DNA of 64,000 nucleotides from an uncultured Chloroflexia bacterium (GCA_963765765.1 CAVXYC010000018.1:96001-160000); one strand, 5' to 3'. Numbered from the stretch's first letter, positions 49,088 to 60,575 are shown. The notes: generated from the letters alone by a model not told the origin. Translations and numbers: made by a program.

Positions 49088-50409
49088 TTGCCTCCTGCAT
49101 TCCACGCACGAGGCTCCCAGACGCTCTCCGACCAAACCTCCGCTCCTACTTCCCAGGCTCGACCGGGCTTCTTTTACGGCTGGGTCATAGTTGCCGTCGC
49201 TTTTCTTTGTGAGCTCGTAGCATTCGGCACTGGCAATGCAGCCTTCTCTGTCTTCCTCAAACCCATGAGCGATGACCTGGGCTGGAATCGCATGGTGCTT
49301 AGTGGCGCTGTCACGCTTCAGGCTGTGGGCAATATCGCGGTCTCGCCCGTGGCCGGATGGGTGCTGGATCGACACGGCCCGAAGATGATCATGGTCTTTG
49401 GCGCCACCGTCGCCACAATCTGCTTTCTTTTAATGGGCTCGGTGACGGAACCCTGGCAGTTTTATTTGCTCTATACCGCCGCGACGGTGCTGGGCCTCAA
49501 TGAAATGGGCAGCCTTGTCACCTCTACCACGGTGGCGAAGTGGTTTGTGCGCAGGCGGGGCCGAGCTATGTCTCTGGCTAGCATCGGACTCAACGTCGGC
49601 GGCGCCGTGCTGGCCCCACTCATCGCGCTCATCATCACAGTCGTCGGCTGGCGACAGACCTGGAGTGTGCTCGGCATCATCGTGGCGTGCACCGTCCTGC
49701 CCGCGGCGATTCTCTTCTTCAAACGGTCTCCCGAAGACATGGGACTGTTACCTGATGGGGACGCTGCTGGAAGCACTCCCACGCGTCCCGGCGAGCGAAC
49801 CGCGTCATCAGAGCAACAATGGAAGCTGGGTGACGCGCTGCGCAATCCAACCACCTGGGTCATCGTGGCTGCGTTCAATCTCATTCTCGTAGCCGCGTCA
49901 GCCATGTCGCAGCATTCCGTTGCCTATCTCGAGGACACTGGAATGTCTCTGGTAGAAGCGAGCGCCATGTTCGGCGCTTCGCACCTAGTCACTATCGGCG
50001 CCAAGCTGACCTGGGGCGCCATATCTGACCGGTTTCCGGTGCGCTACTGCTTGATCATCAGCAGCTTCGCGCGCATCGTCGGCCTGCTGAGTCTCATGTT
50101 CGCTACTGGCCCATCCAGAATGGCAGGATTCGTGATCGGTCAGGGCATCGGGCAGGGGATGGGCCTGCTGGGCCCCAAGCTCTGGGCCGACTACTACGGC
50201 CGTACCTTCCTGGGCACCATTCGCGGAGTGCTGCAGCCCTTCAGCGTCGTCGCCAGTCTCGTTGGACCTCTCTTCGCGGCGTACGTTTACGATACCTCCG
50301 GCAGTTACAACATGGCCTTCTGGGTCATCATCGTGTGCCTACTGCTGTCGGTGGTACTTCTCTGGCTAGCACGGCCGCCGAGGAAGCGTCAGCGCTCGTT
50401 GCGGACTAG
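49088..50409 (+). CDS. MFS transporter (start uncertain; probable late frameshift)
   Basis: FFYGWVIV, GWVLDRHGPK, KWFVRRRGRA, DYYGR..LGTI, YDTSGSY. Confidence 0.85.
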
Positions 50410-50487
50410 AGCGGTACCGCGGCATCACAGGCTCGGAAGTCAGGCGGCCACCGCAAATGAGCGAATGACTCAACCCCATACCACTCA

Positions 50488-50829
50488 TCACTCCACCACC
50501 CGATCCGAGCCCTCGACAAACCCCGGCCCATTCATCACGACGTACGTCATGTGCCCCTCGAACACGTACGGGACGCCCATCGGAATGAAGACGACGTCAC
50601 CGGCGCCAACGCGGTCAGGCGAATCGTCGCCGACTTGAAACTCGGCCGAGCCGTTGATGATGTAGTAGACGCGGTCGCTTCGGTCGCAGACGACTTTCTC
50701 ATGCCGACCCCAGATGTTCACCCAGGTCAGGCTGATGTGCTCGCTCAGTGATTGATTGATGACCTTCTTCATTCGCAGCGGCCGGGGCGGCTGAAGAAGA
50801 TCGGGAACGTCGTTCAGGTGGATGATCAT
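50488..50829 (-). CDS. small cupin protein
   Basis: GRHE..SDRVYYII.G; AGDVVFIP.G. Confidence 0.7.
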   Translation of the reverse strand: MIIHLNDVPDLLQPPRPLRMKKVINQSLSEHISLTWVNIWGRHEKVVCDRSDRVYYIINGSAEFQVGDDSPDRVGAGDVVFIPMGVPYVFEGHMTYVVMNGPGFVEGSDRVVE

Positions 50830-50845
50830 GATGTCTTCGCGCCGC

Positions 50846-51628
50846 TCAATTTGCCCGACGCTCCCGTGGCAGCCAGTCAAGCCCTTCAAGCGTGCCGTTG
50901 GCGGGGCGATACTCGAGCGAGACGTAGCCTGAGTAACCAGCAGCGTCGATGGCCGACAGCAGATTGGGATAGTTGATCTCGCCGGTGCCGGGCTCGTGTC
51001 GGCCGGGCACGTCGGAGATCTGGATGTGACCAATCTTGTCCAGGTTGCCCGTCACGGTGGCGGTCAAATTCCCCTCCATGATCTGCATGTGATAGGCGTC
51101 GTAGAGGAACTTGACCGACGGGCTCGCCACGGTATCCACGATCTCGAAACCGACGCTGGACCTATCGATCAGATAGGTGGGGTTATCGATGGTATTCAAG
51201 CCTTCGATGCACAGCGTAACGCCGGCGGATTCGGCCTGTGGGGCGATGCGTCGCAAGTTCTCGATGGCGACAGACTTCGCCGTATCAACCGCTACGCCAT
51301 CTGGGACGAGCCCTGCCAGCGGATTGATCAAGTGCGCACCGAGCCGCTCGGCCACTCGTAGCGCGTCCTCCATCCCAGCCTTGAAACGAGCCTCCTGACC
51401 GGGGTGACACATGTAGCCGCGCTCGCCTCGAGCAAAGTCTCCACGGTCTGAATCGAATAGGATCATCTCGACGCCGCTGTCCTTGACCGTCCGCTCCAGC
51501 TCATCGAGATCGTGCTCCTCGGGGAAGAGGAACTCCACGTGGGTGAATCCCGCATCGGCCGCGCGTTTGAATCGCTCGAGCGCTGGCCACTCACTGAACA
51601 TGAATGAGATATTCGCGGCGAACTTCAT
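50846..51628 (-). CDS. hyi: hydroxypyruvate isomerase family protein
   Basis: MKFAANISFMFSE, YDAYHMQ, HIQISDVPGRHEPGTGEINY. Confidence 0.8.
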   Translation of the reverse strand: MKFAANISFMFSEWPALERFKRAADAGFTHVEFLFPEEHDLDELERTVKDSGVEMILFDSDRGDFARGERGYMCHPGQEARFKAGMEDALRVAERLGAHLINPLAGLVPDGVAVDTAKSVAIENLRRIAPQAESAGVTLCIEGLNTIDNPTYLIDRSSVGFEIVDTVASPSVKFLYDAYHMQIMEGNLTATVTGNLDKIGHIQISDVPGRHEPGTGEINYPNLLSAIDAAGYSGYVSLEYRPANGTLEGLDWLPRERRAN

Positions 51629-51817
51629 GGCCTACGCTCCCGGACTTGTGGATAGCGAGCTCCGAAGTACATATCGGAGGTGTTAGATCGGCTGAAGACT
51701 ACCACGATTCCGGACGCTATTCTCTTCACCGCTGGTACCATTGACAGCGGATGCCGCCCTTACCGCCGCTCGAGTGATATCGGCGTCTGGCTCGCACGAC
51801 CACGAGAGGAGCAGCCT

Positions 51818-52132
51818 ATGGCAGTGCACAGCGCGACCAGCCCCCTGACCCAGCGAGAGCTCATCGAACAGCACTTCGTGGAGCATCGAACGATGGTGCT
51901 TGACATCGCGGCCTTCCTCGATCGTCTGGATCGCGCCCGTGAGATCGACGCTTCGGACGACTTCCGGCTCATCGCCTTCCGCAAGGCGCTCGAGGTGCTC
52001 TGCTCGGATGATCCTTCTCGGATTCACACAATCCAGATGGTCCTGAGCGATCCGCGCTCCGAGCTCCTACCCGAGCTGGACCGCAAGAGCGCCTTCGGTG
52101 CCTACCCAACGCAGGAAACGGAGACCCGCTGA
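51818..52132 (+). CDS. hypothetical helical protein heading the ebo-like operon
   Basis: GAGGAG RBS; [18 protein letters not shown]; stop overlaps the next start. Confidence 0.7.
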   Translation: MAVHSATSPLTQRELIEQHFVEHRTMVLDIAAFLDRLDRAREIDASDDFRLIAFRKALEVLCSDDPSRIHTIQMVLSDPRSELLPELDRKSAFGAYPTQETETR

Positions 52133-52962
52133 TGGAATATATCGACATCCATTCACACATGGGCTCCCGCACCACCGACGATTACGAGCAGATGGCGCTC
52201 ACCGGCTGCGTGGCATTGACGGAGCCTGCCTTCTGGGCAGGCTATGACCGAGGCTCCTCCCAGGCATTTCGCGCCTACTTCGAGCAGCTCACCGATTTCG
52301 AGCCGAAGCGCGCCGCGAAATACGGCATCAAGCACTTCACCTGGCTGTGCTTCAATCCGAAAGAGGCGGACGATCGCGCGCTTGCCGCGGACGTGCTACC
52401 GCTCATCCCGGAGTACCTGGACCGGCCGAACGTCATAGGCATCGGTGAAATCGGGCTCAATCGCGTGACGCGCAATGAGCTGGCGACCATGGTGGATCAC
52501 ATCGACCTGGCCATGCAGTACGACCAGATCATCCTGGTGCACACACCACACCTCGAAGACAAGTACAAGGGTACGAAGGTGATCGTCGACACCATGGCCG
52601 CGGACCGGAGGATCAGTCCGACCCGCGTGTTGATCGATCACGCAGAAGAGCACACCATGCCGATGATCCAGGAAGCCGGCTTCTGGGCGGGCATCACGCT
52701 CTACCCACAAACCAAAGTCTCGCCCGGGCGCGCGGTCGACATGATCGAGATGTTCGGGAGCGACAAGATTTGCGTTGCTTCTGCCTGTGATTGGGGGCCG
52801 TCCGTTCCCACCGCCATGGCTCACTTCGTCCTGGAAATGCGCCGACGGGGCCATCCCGATCGGCTGATTCGGAAGATCGTCTACGAGAACCCGATCGAGT
52901 TCCTGAGTCAATCACCCAAGTTCGAGCTTCCGCGCCTGGAAGCAGCGGCAATTGCGCGTTGA
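52132..52962 (+). CDS. eboB: TatD-family hydrolase, EboB-like
   Basis: [39 protein letters not shown]. Confidence 0.75.
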   Translation: MEYIDIHSHMGSRTTDDYEQMALTGCVALTEPAFWAGYDRGSSQAFRAYFEQLTDFEPKRAAKYGIKHFTWLCFNPKEADDRALAADVLPLIPEYLDRPNVIGIGEIGLNRVTRNELATMVDHIDLAMQYDQIILVHTPHLEDKYKGTKVIVDTMAADRRISPTRVLIDHAEEHTMPMIQEAGFWAGITLYPQTKVSPGRAVDMIEMFGSDKICVASACDWGPSVPTAMAHFVLEMRRRGHPDRLIRKIVYENPIEFLSQSPKFELPRLEAAAIAR

Positions 52963-52968
52963 TGAATG

Positions 52969-53185
52969 ACAGAGTCGCATCCCGTGAAGGTGCGGCTCCT
53001 CTCGTGATGTTCGCTGAATCGGTCAGAGCCGCGACCGTGAGGAAGCGGTTCCTTCACGACCGGTCGGACGGCGATCTCGCGAGGAACCGCTTACTTACGT
53101 GCGCGGCTCGAAGGCTGGCTAGGGAGTGTCATCCGGGACGGAAGTGTTCGTGAGAGGGTCCGCACCCTTACGGGATGCGGCTCTG
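52969..53185. repeat. nested composite REP-like inverted repeat (family D)
   Basis: Outer GAGTCGCATCCCGTGAAGGTGCGG / CCGCACCCTTACGGGATGCGGCTC; inner GAGCCGCGACCGTGAGGAAGCGGTTCCT / AGGAACCGCTTACTTACGTGCGCGGCTC. Confidence 0.75.
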
Positions 53186-53200
53186 TTGGTGAGAGTGACC

Positions 53201-54091
53201 ATGTCTCCTGAAGCCCTTCCTTCCAGGGTGACTCACCGGAAGCGAATCCTTGGCTGGCTCACGTCAATGCGCCTGTCCAATAGCCCCACGGTCGTAAGTA
53301 ACGTGTTAGTGGGGGCGGCGCTGGCTGGCATTCTCCAGCCAGATCATCCGTCTGTGGTGATGCTGGCCGTAGCAATGGTGCTCTATTACACAGCCGGCAT
53401 GATTCTGAATGACGTGTGTGACTTCGCCTGGGACACGGTGCACCGCCCCAGCCGTCCCATGCCCGCCGGAGTCGTCTCGCGTGGGGCCGGCGCGGTGGCT
53501 GTCGTCGTGCTTTTCGCCGTCGGTACAGTGCTGCTCTGGTACGCCGGCGGCATCAACAGCGTCATCAGCGGCGTCATCCTCATCGGAGTCATCGCCCTGT
53601 ACGACTTCTGGCACAAATCCAACCCAGCAAGCCCCCTGGTGATGGCATTGTGCCGTGTGCTGGTATACGTCACCGCGTTTGTTGCATTCGCATGGCCACT
53701 CACGGCATCACTCGGGATCGCGTCGCTCTTGCTTGTGCTTTACATGACGGGACTCACGGCGATCGCAAAGAGCGAAGTGCGCCCAAGCATGGTGGGTTAT
53801 TGGCCCGCGGCGATTCTGTTCATGGGGCCATTCTTTTATGGAGTTCGCGGTGGATCGTTCCAGGCGGCCATCCTGGCAACCATGCTGGCAGGATGGATTC
53901 TGTACAGTCTTCACACGGTGTATCGAGAGGAAAGCAGAAACGTCGGTCTAGCCATTGGTCGCCTCATCGCCGGAATCTCGATGTTCGACGCGCTTGTGCT
54001 GGCTTCAGCGGGCGCCACGCAATCCATCATGGTGGCGCTGGTCGCCTTTGGTACAACGCTCGTCTTCCAGCGATACGTCGAGGGCACCTAG
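53201..54091 (+). CDS. eboC: UbiA-family prenyltransferase, EboC-like
   Basis: RLSNSPTV.SN, GMILNDVCD..D..RPSRPMPAG, YD..HK. Confidence 0.75.
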   Translation: MSPEALPSRVTHRKRILGWLTSMRLSNSPTVVSNVLVGAALAGILQPDHPSVVMLAVAMVLYYTAGMILNDVCDFAWDTVHRPSRPMPAGVVSRGAGAVAVVVLFAVGTVLLWYAGGINSVISGVILIGVIALYDFWHKSNPASPLVMALCRVLVYVTAFVAFAWPLTASLGIASLLLVLYMTGLTAIAKSEVRPSMVGYWPAAILFMGPFFYGVRGGSFQAAILATMLAGWILYSLHTVYREESRNVGLAIGRLIAGISMFDALVLASAGATQSIMVALVAFGTTLVFQRYVEGT

Positions 54092-54093
54092 AT

Positions 54094-55495
54094 ATGCAGA
54101 AGACCGCTGTCATTGACGTCGTCGGGCTGACACCCGATCTCATTGGGCCGCACACCCCCCGCCTGCAAGCGTTTCAGGCCGCCGGTAAAACAGCGAGCAT
54201 TCAACCGGTCCTCCCCGCGGTAACGTGCGCCGCTCAGGCCACGTATCTCACCGGCACCCTGCCCACTGAGCACGGCGTCGTTGGAAACGGCTGGTATTTC
54301 CGCGACGAGTGCGAGATCAAGTTCTGGCGACAATCGAATCGACTCGTGCAGCGTCCCAAGATTTGGGAACAGGCTCGCGAAGCTCGACCCCGCCTTCACC
54401 TGCGCCAACATGTTCTGGTGGTTCAACATGTACTCGTCCGTGGACGCCGCCGTCACTCCACGTCCGATGTATCCAGCCGATGGACGCAAGCTACCAGACG
54501 TCTGGGCCTCACCGGAGCATCTTCGAGGAAGGCTCCAGGCGGAGCTCGGGCAGTTCCCGCTCTTTCAGTTCTGGGGTCCCGGAAGCTCCATTGCCTCCAG
54601 CCAGTGGATTGCAGACGCCGCTCGCCTGGTGGATCAGTGGAACGATCCAACCTTGAACCTGATCTATCTACCGCACCTGGATTACAGCCTGCAGAAGTAC
54701 GGTCCTGACCACCAGCGCATCTCACAGGAACTGAAGGCCATCGACAAAGTCTGCGGTGACCTCATCGACCATTTTCAGGCTCGAGACTCCAGTATCGTCA
54801 TGCTGTCTGAGTACGGCATCCGAGCCGTTAACCGCCCCGTCGATCTCAATCGTCTTCTTCGGCAGCGGAGCCTCCTGGCCGTTCGCGAGGAGATGGGCCT
54901 CGAGCTGCTTGATGCGGGGGTGAGCCGAGCATTCGCCGTGGCCGATCATCAGATCGCACACGTATACGTGAATGATCCCGAGTGCATGAACGAGGTCCGC
55001 TCGCTACTGGAGCAGACGGACGGCGTGGCGGAGATCCTGGACGACGAAGGTAAGCGCGCGCGGGGTCTGGATCATGAGCGCGCGGGCGACCTCATCGCTG
55101 TTGCAGAGCCAGACGCATGGTTCACGTATTACTACTGGCTGGATGACGCGCGAGCACCGGACTATGCGCGCACAGTGGAGATTCACCGAAAACCGGGCTA
55201 CGACCCGGTAGAGCTGTTCCTGGATCCGGCAATCTCACTACCGAAACTGCGCATCGGTTCCATTCTGCTGAAGCGGAAGATCGGTTTTCGGTCACTCCTG
55301 GACGTCATCCCGCTCGACGCCTCGCTGGTCCGAGGATCGCACGGGCGCGTGACAACCGATCCCGGGCAATCACCCGTACTCTTGACTAACCGACCGTCGC
55401 TTCTCGAAAGCGAGGTCCTTCAGGCAACCGATGTCTACGGTGTGCTTCTCTCGCATCTACAGGATGCTGTCCGCGCTCTGAGCCCATCACGTTAG
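54094..55495 (+). CDS. eboF: alkaline-phosphatase-superfamily nucleotide pyrophosphatase, EboF-like (frameshift near 54380)
   Basis: DVVGLT, PAVTC, HGVVGNGW, YLPHLDY, SEYG, AVADHQ, IHRKPGYDP, GSHG. Confidence 0.8.
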
Positions 55496-55579
55496 ACGTG
55501 CGGCGATGATCGCCGCTGTGCGCATTGTCCTCACCCGAGTCGGGAGATCGAGAAGGCGGCAGTTCTCTGCGCACTCCAA
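55491..55579. repeat. degenerate REP-like doublet (family C)
   Basis: GTGCGGCGATGATCGCCGCT ... GCGGCAGTTCTCTGCGCACTCCAA. Confidence 0.5.
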
Positions 55580-55746
55580 GGATCCTCGCGCCGGCTACGC
55601 ACTTTCCAGAAGCGTCTAACCCTCGCGTCGAAAGCCCCACCCGGCTAACACGTCCTCGCGGCTCCGCGGGAAATCACAGCGGCTATCCCAGCCGAATTGG
55701 GTTGCAAGCACTGCCAGCATGACGAGTGCCCCCAGCGTAATAATTA

Positions 55747-55890
55747 GGTCCACAGCACAGTCCCCCTATCCAGGAGTCCAATCCAACACGCACGAATGAC
55801 GACTGAATTGGTACTATTTGCAAATCGAGATCGGTCCACTTGCTCTATGCAACCAGAATAGACCGACAATAGACGAGGTAAAGTGGTCCA
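55747..55890. promoter_or_regulatory. repeated GGTCCA(C/A) boxes, putative MocR-family binding sites
   Basis: GGTCCAC 55747, AGTCCAA about 55775, GGTCCACTT 55833, AAGTGGTCCAA 55881. Confidence 0.5.
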
Positions 55891-55906
55891 ATTTGACATT
55901 ATTGGT

Positions 55907-57385
55907 ATGAATTCAAGCACACCTGATGTCGCGACTGCTCTAGGGGCATGGATCCAGGCGCCCGGCCCGATGTACCGCCGTCTGGCACGGGCCATGACCC
56001 GCGCGATAGAGAACGGCTCTATCGCGGCGAGCTCACTCTTGCCACCGGAGCGATCGCTTGCTGAGCAGCTCGCAATAAGCCGGAGTACGGTGATCGCGGC
56101 CTACGATGTACTCCGGGCCGATGGCCTGGTGGAGAGCCGGCGCGGGAGCGGAACTCGGGTCTGTCCAAGGCCAAGCCACATCCTTGCCAGCGGCAACAGT
56201 GGTCCCGTTGAGGCGGTGGGTGGCGCCCAGCTCCCCGGTGTGTTGGCCGGTGCGACACACGTTACAGACAGCGTCGATCTAACAGCCGCCGCGCCAGCCG
56301 CGCTCTCCCAACTGCTCGCGGACCAGCTTGTTGCGTCGGCCGAAGAGATTGCTCCACTTCTCAAACAGCACGGATACGCCCCCGCTGGACTGCCCGCGCT
56401 TCGTTACGCCGTAGCCGATTACTTCACGCGTCAGGGCGTGACCACACATCCCGACCAGATTCTGATCACCAATGGCGCCCAGCAGGGCATCTCATTGCTC
56501 AGCACCATTCACCTTCGCGAAGGGGACGCCGTGCTTGTTGAGAACCCATCGTATTTCGGCGCGCTTGACGCATTCCGACTCCTGGGCGCGCGAGTGATCG
56601 GTGTGCCGATGGATCACGACGGGATTCGACCAGAGGTACTGCGTGAGAAGATCGAGGCGGCTCGTCCCCGGCTCATCTATCTCATCCCGACCTATCAGAA
56701 CCCAACCGGCTCGGTGCTGCCTGAGTCTCGGCGCCGGCAGATCGCGGACATGATCGAGGCGCTTGGCATTCCACTCATCGAAGATCTGAGTCTGGCGGAC
56801 ATCGTGCTCCACGGGCACCCGCCCGCACCAATCGCACAACACACGTCGTCAGCAGCACTTTACACACTTGGGTCATTGAGCAAGTTATGCTGGCCCGGTC
56901 TTCGCATCGGCTGGATTCGTGGCACGCCTGAAGCCATTGGGGAGCTCGCCCGAGCCAAGGCTGTGGCGGACCTTGGATCCCCATTGATGGATCAGGTGGT
57001 GGCTGCCAGGCTTATGTCTCGCATCGATCAGATGATCGATTGGCGCGCAAAGGAGCTGACTCCACGCTACGAAGCCCTCGCCCACCATCTCGCGCGAGAG
57101 CTTCCCGAATGGCATTGGCGGCGTCCCAACGGCGGTCTCTATCTCTGGATCAAGATCCCACGTGGCGACACACGAACACTCGCACAACGGGCGTTACGCC
57201 AGGGTGTGCGGATCATTCCCGGTTCGGTCATGTCTGTGGACGACAGCCAGAGTCAATGCTTCCGATTTCCGTTTGTGGAAACACCGGAAGTTCTAGCCGA
57301 GGCGGTCGGAAAGCTCAAACAGGCCTGGCTTGAGATGGAATCCCGCCCCGTTCTGCATGTCACAAGCTCGCAGGTGCTGGTGTAA
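55907..57385 (+). CDS. MocR/GabR-family regulator (GntR HTH plus PLP aminotransferase domain)
   Basis: LPPERSLA..SRSTV..AY..SRRGSGT; QNPTG; GSLSKLCWPGLRIGW. Confidence 0.9.
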   Translation: MNSSTPDVATALGAWIQAPGPMYRRLARAMTRAIENGSIAASSLLPPERSLAEQLAISRSTVIAAYDVLRADGLVESRRGSGTRVCPRPSHILASGNSGPVEAVGGAQLPGVLAGATHVTDSVDLTAAAPAALSQLLADQLVASAEEIAPLLKQHGYAPAGLPALRYAVADYFTRQGVTTHPDQILITNGAQQGISLLSTIHLREGDAVLVENPSYFGALDAFRLLGARVIGVPMDHDGIRPEVLREKIEAARPRLIYLIPTYQNPTGSVLPESRRRQIADMIEALGIPLIEDLSLADIVLHGHPPAPIAQHTSSAALYTLGSLSKLCWPGLRIGWIRGTPEAIGELARAKAVADLGSPLMDQVVAARLMSRIDQMIDWRAKELTPRYEALAHHLARELPEWHWRRPNGGLYLWIKIPRGDTRTLAQRALRQGVRIIPGSVMSVDDSQSQCFRFPFVETPEVLAEAVGKLKQAWLEMESRPVLHVTSSQVLV

Positions 57386-57503
57386 ATTCCCGGTAATCAC
57401 TAAGCCTTGTGAGTGCGCCGCTGGATCCCGGTGGCGCGCGCCAGGCCACCCTAAGCATCAGCAACATTCTTGCTTCCGGACGGCGAGTATGAGTCCTAAG
57501 CCC

Positions 57504-58521
57504 CTACTGGGAGCGAGCCTTCAAGGTCCGATCCAGTCTGGGATAAACATGGCGCGCATTCCCTCGAACACCTTATGACGATCCCCATCGGTGAGGAAGT
57601 CCAGCTTGTCTAGATAGAGCTTCGTATCATCGAAGTACGTGTCCGTCTTGGGGTCCTTACCCCGCACCGCTCCGATCATCTCCGATGCAAAGATGATGTT
57701 CTCCATTGGTACGGACTTGAACAATGTCTCAATGCCTGGCTGGTGATAGACACAGGTATCGAAGTAGATATTGTCCATGAGGAATTCGTTCAACTCGGGC
57801 CTGCCCATGCCAGCGCGATGCCACGGTATCGTCCCCAGTGATAGGGAACCGCGCCGCCGCCATGAGGGAGCACAAACTTCAGCGTTGGGAAATCCTTGAA
57901 GATCTGCGGCTCCTGAATGCACTGCATGAAGACCGTCAGGTCACCGTTAAGATAGTGTGCCCCAGTGCCGTGGAAGTTTGGATTGCAGCTTCCGCTCACG
58001 TGGATCATCGCCGGTACTTCCAGCTCCACCATCTTCTCGTAAAGCGGGTACCAGTGCTTGTCCGTCATAGGCGGATCGATCCAGTAGCCGTCAGACGGGT
58101 CCGGATTGAGGTTGCAGGCGACGAAGCCGAGCTCGTTGACGCAACGCTCCAGCTCCTCGATGCAGTTTGACGCGGGCACGCGAGGCGATTGAGGCAGCTG
58201 GCAGACGGGGATGAAGTTCTCTGGAAACAGCGTGCAAACGCGATGGACCAGGTCATTGACCGTCTCGGTCCAGTAGCGGCTAACGCGAGCGTCACCAATG
58301 TGGTGTGACATGCCGCCGGCCGTCGGAGAGAAAAGGGCAAGATCGGTCCCGCGATCGTTCTGCATCTTGAGCTGGCCCTTGACGATGGACTCACGAATCT
58401 CATCGTCAGTGACGTTGAGCGAGCCCTTCGTTGGGTTGTGCAGGTTCTGCTGCTGCCATGCGCGGTAATCGCGCAGGCCCTGTGGCGCCGTGGTGTAGTG
58501 CCCGTGTACGTCGATGATCAC
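57504..58521 (-). CDS. ligJ: 4-oxalomesaconate hydratase (frameshifts near 57810 and 57560)
   Basis: IIDVHGHYTTAP, CQLPQSP, NLNPDPS, HGGGAVPYHWGR, FDTCVYHQPG, FASEMIGAVRG.DP. Confidence 0.85.
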
Positions 58522-58598
58522 CAGTACATCCCCCCGTATTTCCTCGCGGGACTTAGGATACAGGGATTGAGCGGATTCCGACGAGGAGGTCCCACGCG

Positions 58599-58704
58599 CT
58601 TTAGACCGCGGCGGTCTTCGCCACTTTGGCAACAGAGCGGAGAGACACGGAAGGGCGGCTTCTAGCTTGAGTGAGAATGCGGCGAAGACCGCCGCAGTCC
58701 AAAG
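58599..58704. repeat. REP-like doublet (family C)
   Basis: TTTAGACCGCGGCGGTCTTCGCCACTT ... GCGGCGAAGACCGCCGCAGTCCAAA. Confidence 0.7.
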
Positions 58705-58716
58705 TTCTGACGGAGA

Positions 58717-59013
58717 CTAGCTGGCGGGCGTGACCACAACCACCCCGATCATCGTGGGGTGCAGCGGGCAGTAGTACGGGTACTCGCCAGGCTCGGCGAA
58801 CGTGTAGCTAAAGCCGTCTCCGGGCATGATGAATGGCGACTCGAAAAGCTGTCCCGTCATTCTCGCTATCCACGACTTCGGAGGCGACGTTGTGCGGGCA
58901 TAAGATCCTCGGTGTTGGCTCCAGAGCACTGAGTCACCCTGCGAAACGGTGATTGAGGAATGGGCTGAATGCGAGGTCCCGAATCTGAATTGATGGAATC
59001 GGTCGGGGCCCAC
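58717..59013 (-). pseudogene. amicyanin/plastocyanin-like cupredoxin, disrupted
   Basis: FSYTFAEPGEYPYYCPLHPTMIG; HNV ligand only in another frame; no clear signal peptide. Confidence 0.6.
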
Positions 59014-59077
59014 GGGCGGCTGAGAAGCTATTGCGAATTATTCCTGCACTGTCTCTGCTCTGATGTCGACTAAGAGC

Positions 59078-60470
59078 TCAGCGTTGAACTCCGGCGATCC
59101 CTGCATCAACGAGAGCCCGAATGCTCTCGGCGTCATCGATGCGCTGGCACACGCCGATGAGCGTTTCCACCTGCTCCGAGCCTCCAGGAATCTCCGGAAT
59201 GAGCGCCCGTACGATCTCCGTGTCCGCTGCGAAATCGAGCTTGAACTCATTCCCCGTGGCCTGCGCCCGATACGTTGTTCCATCCTTCAGCTTGATCGAT
59301 ACGAGTGGACTGAGCGGTGCGGTGTCGGCGGAGCCAACGACCTCAACCCGCTCGGCCAGCGCCTGGGAAGCCTGATGTGTAGGTAACCGGTCGATGCCCT
59401 CGATGGGCGATGACCAGCCGTCGGGACGATCCGCCGGCAGCGCAAATCCGCGATTCACGCATGCCGCCGCAACGACGAACGCGGTGGTGCCCAGCCCCCT
59501 GCGTCGCCCGTATGCGCTGGCGAACTTGGCGCCAGGATAGCTCGTCTCGAAATCGTTCATTTCGACGCGAGCCGACTCGATTTGATCGGGGTGAATATCG
59601 TGACCCCGCGTAAGATCGAGCATCATCTGCGTGGGTGGCTGGTTGAACATCGATGTCGGGTAGCGCTTGAGGGTCACCTCGAGGATCTCCCAACGCTGTC
59701 CGAGATGGTCCGCTATGTGATCGAGGCCATCATTGGAGCCTGTGAACGAGTAGTAGAAGCCAATCGGGCCTTCAAGTGATGTATCCGACGCACGAGCGCC
59801 CTGAGCCGCAAGCTGGGCGGCCAGTAGACCACTTCGTGGTGCTTGTGACACCTGCAGCACCATGACGTCGGTCCCATCACCACCCTCGAAGGTTCCCGCG
59901 GAGAAGGTAGCCGCGAAGCCGATTGCGTGGGTCATCTGCTCTTCGTTCAACCCAAGCAGCTTTCCCACCGCCACGGCCGCGCCAAAGGTGCCATAAATTG
60001 GGCTAGACCGGAAGCCTTGCTCATTGCTGCGGGGAATGAAGTCGGCAGTAATCGCTGTCTCCACCTCATAGCCTGCCACCAGCGCGGTCAGTAGATCCCG
60101 ACCATTCGAGCCCAGAGTCTCGGCCGCGGCAAGCGCCGCGGGGATGATCATCACTCCGGGGTGACTGCCCGTGTGATAGGCATCTTCTTGAAGCTTGCGC
60201 GTGCATCAAGGCGCTGTTGACGAATGCCGCCGCGCCCGGCGTGGCGCGTTCTCCGGTGACCAGGATCGTGGCGCCACCGTCTTGCACCGATTCATCCATC
60301 AGGACCGCCGCTTTCGCTCTGTGCGCGGCACCGCTACCATGGCCCGCGAGACCAACGCCTATGTTGTGAAGCAAGCAGGCTCGGGCTTTATCCAGTACCT
60401 GTGGCGGAAGGTCCTCGCAGTTCAGACCACTGGCAAAACGGGCAAGTCGACGCGCGAGTGTATCGGACAT
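59078..60470 (-). CDS. MmgE/PrpD family protein (frameshift near 60195)
   Basis: AAFVNS..H, EDAY..SHPG, AGYEV, EGPIGFY, LKRYP. Confidence 0.85.
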
Positions 60471-60575
60471 CCATTGATCCTCTCAGACGCATGGGGGACG
60501 AGATCCAGTTGGTGGCATTATCCATGGGGAGGAAACAGCGTCAGCAATCTCGGGCTGGATCAGTCCCTTCGCCAA

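Noticed and set aside
50410-50638. C-terminal extension of the MFS ORF to 50638
   Set aside because: Overlaps the convergent cupin; a late indel bypassing TAG 50407-50409 is simpler
52963-53200. Remnant of eboA or eboE between eboB and eboC
   Set aside because: Gap is fully explained by the nested REP composite
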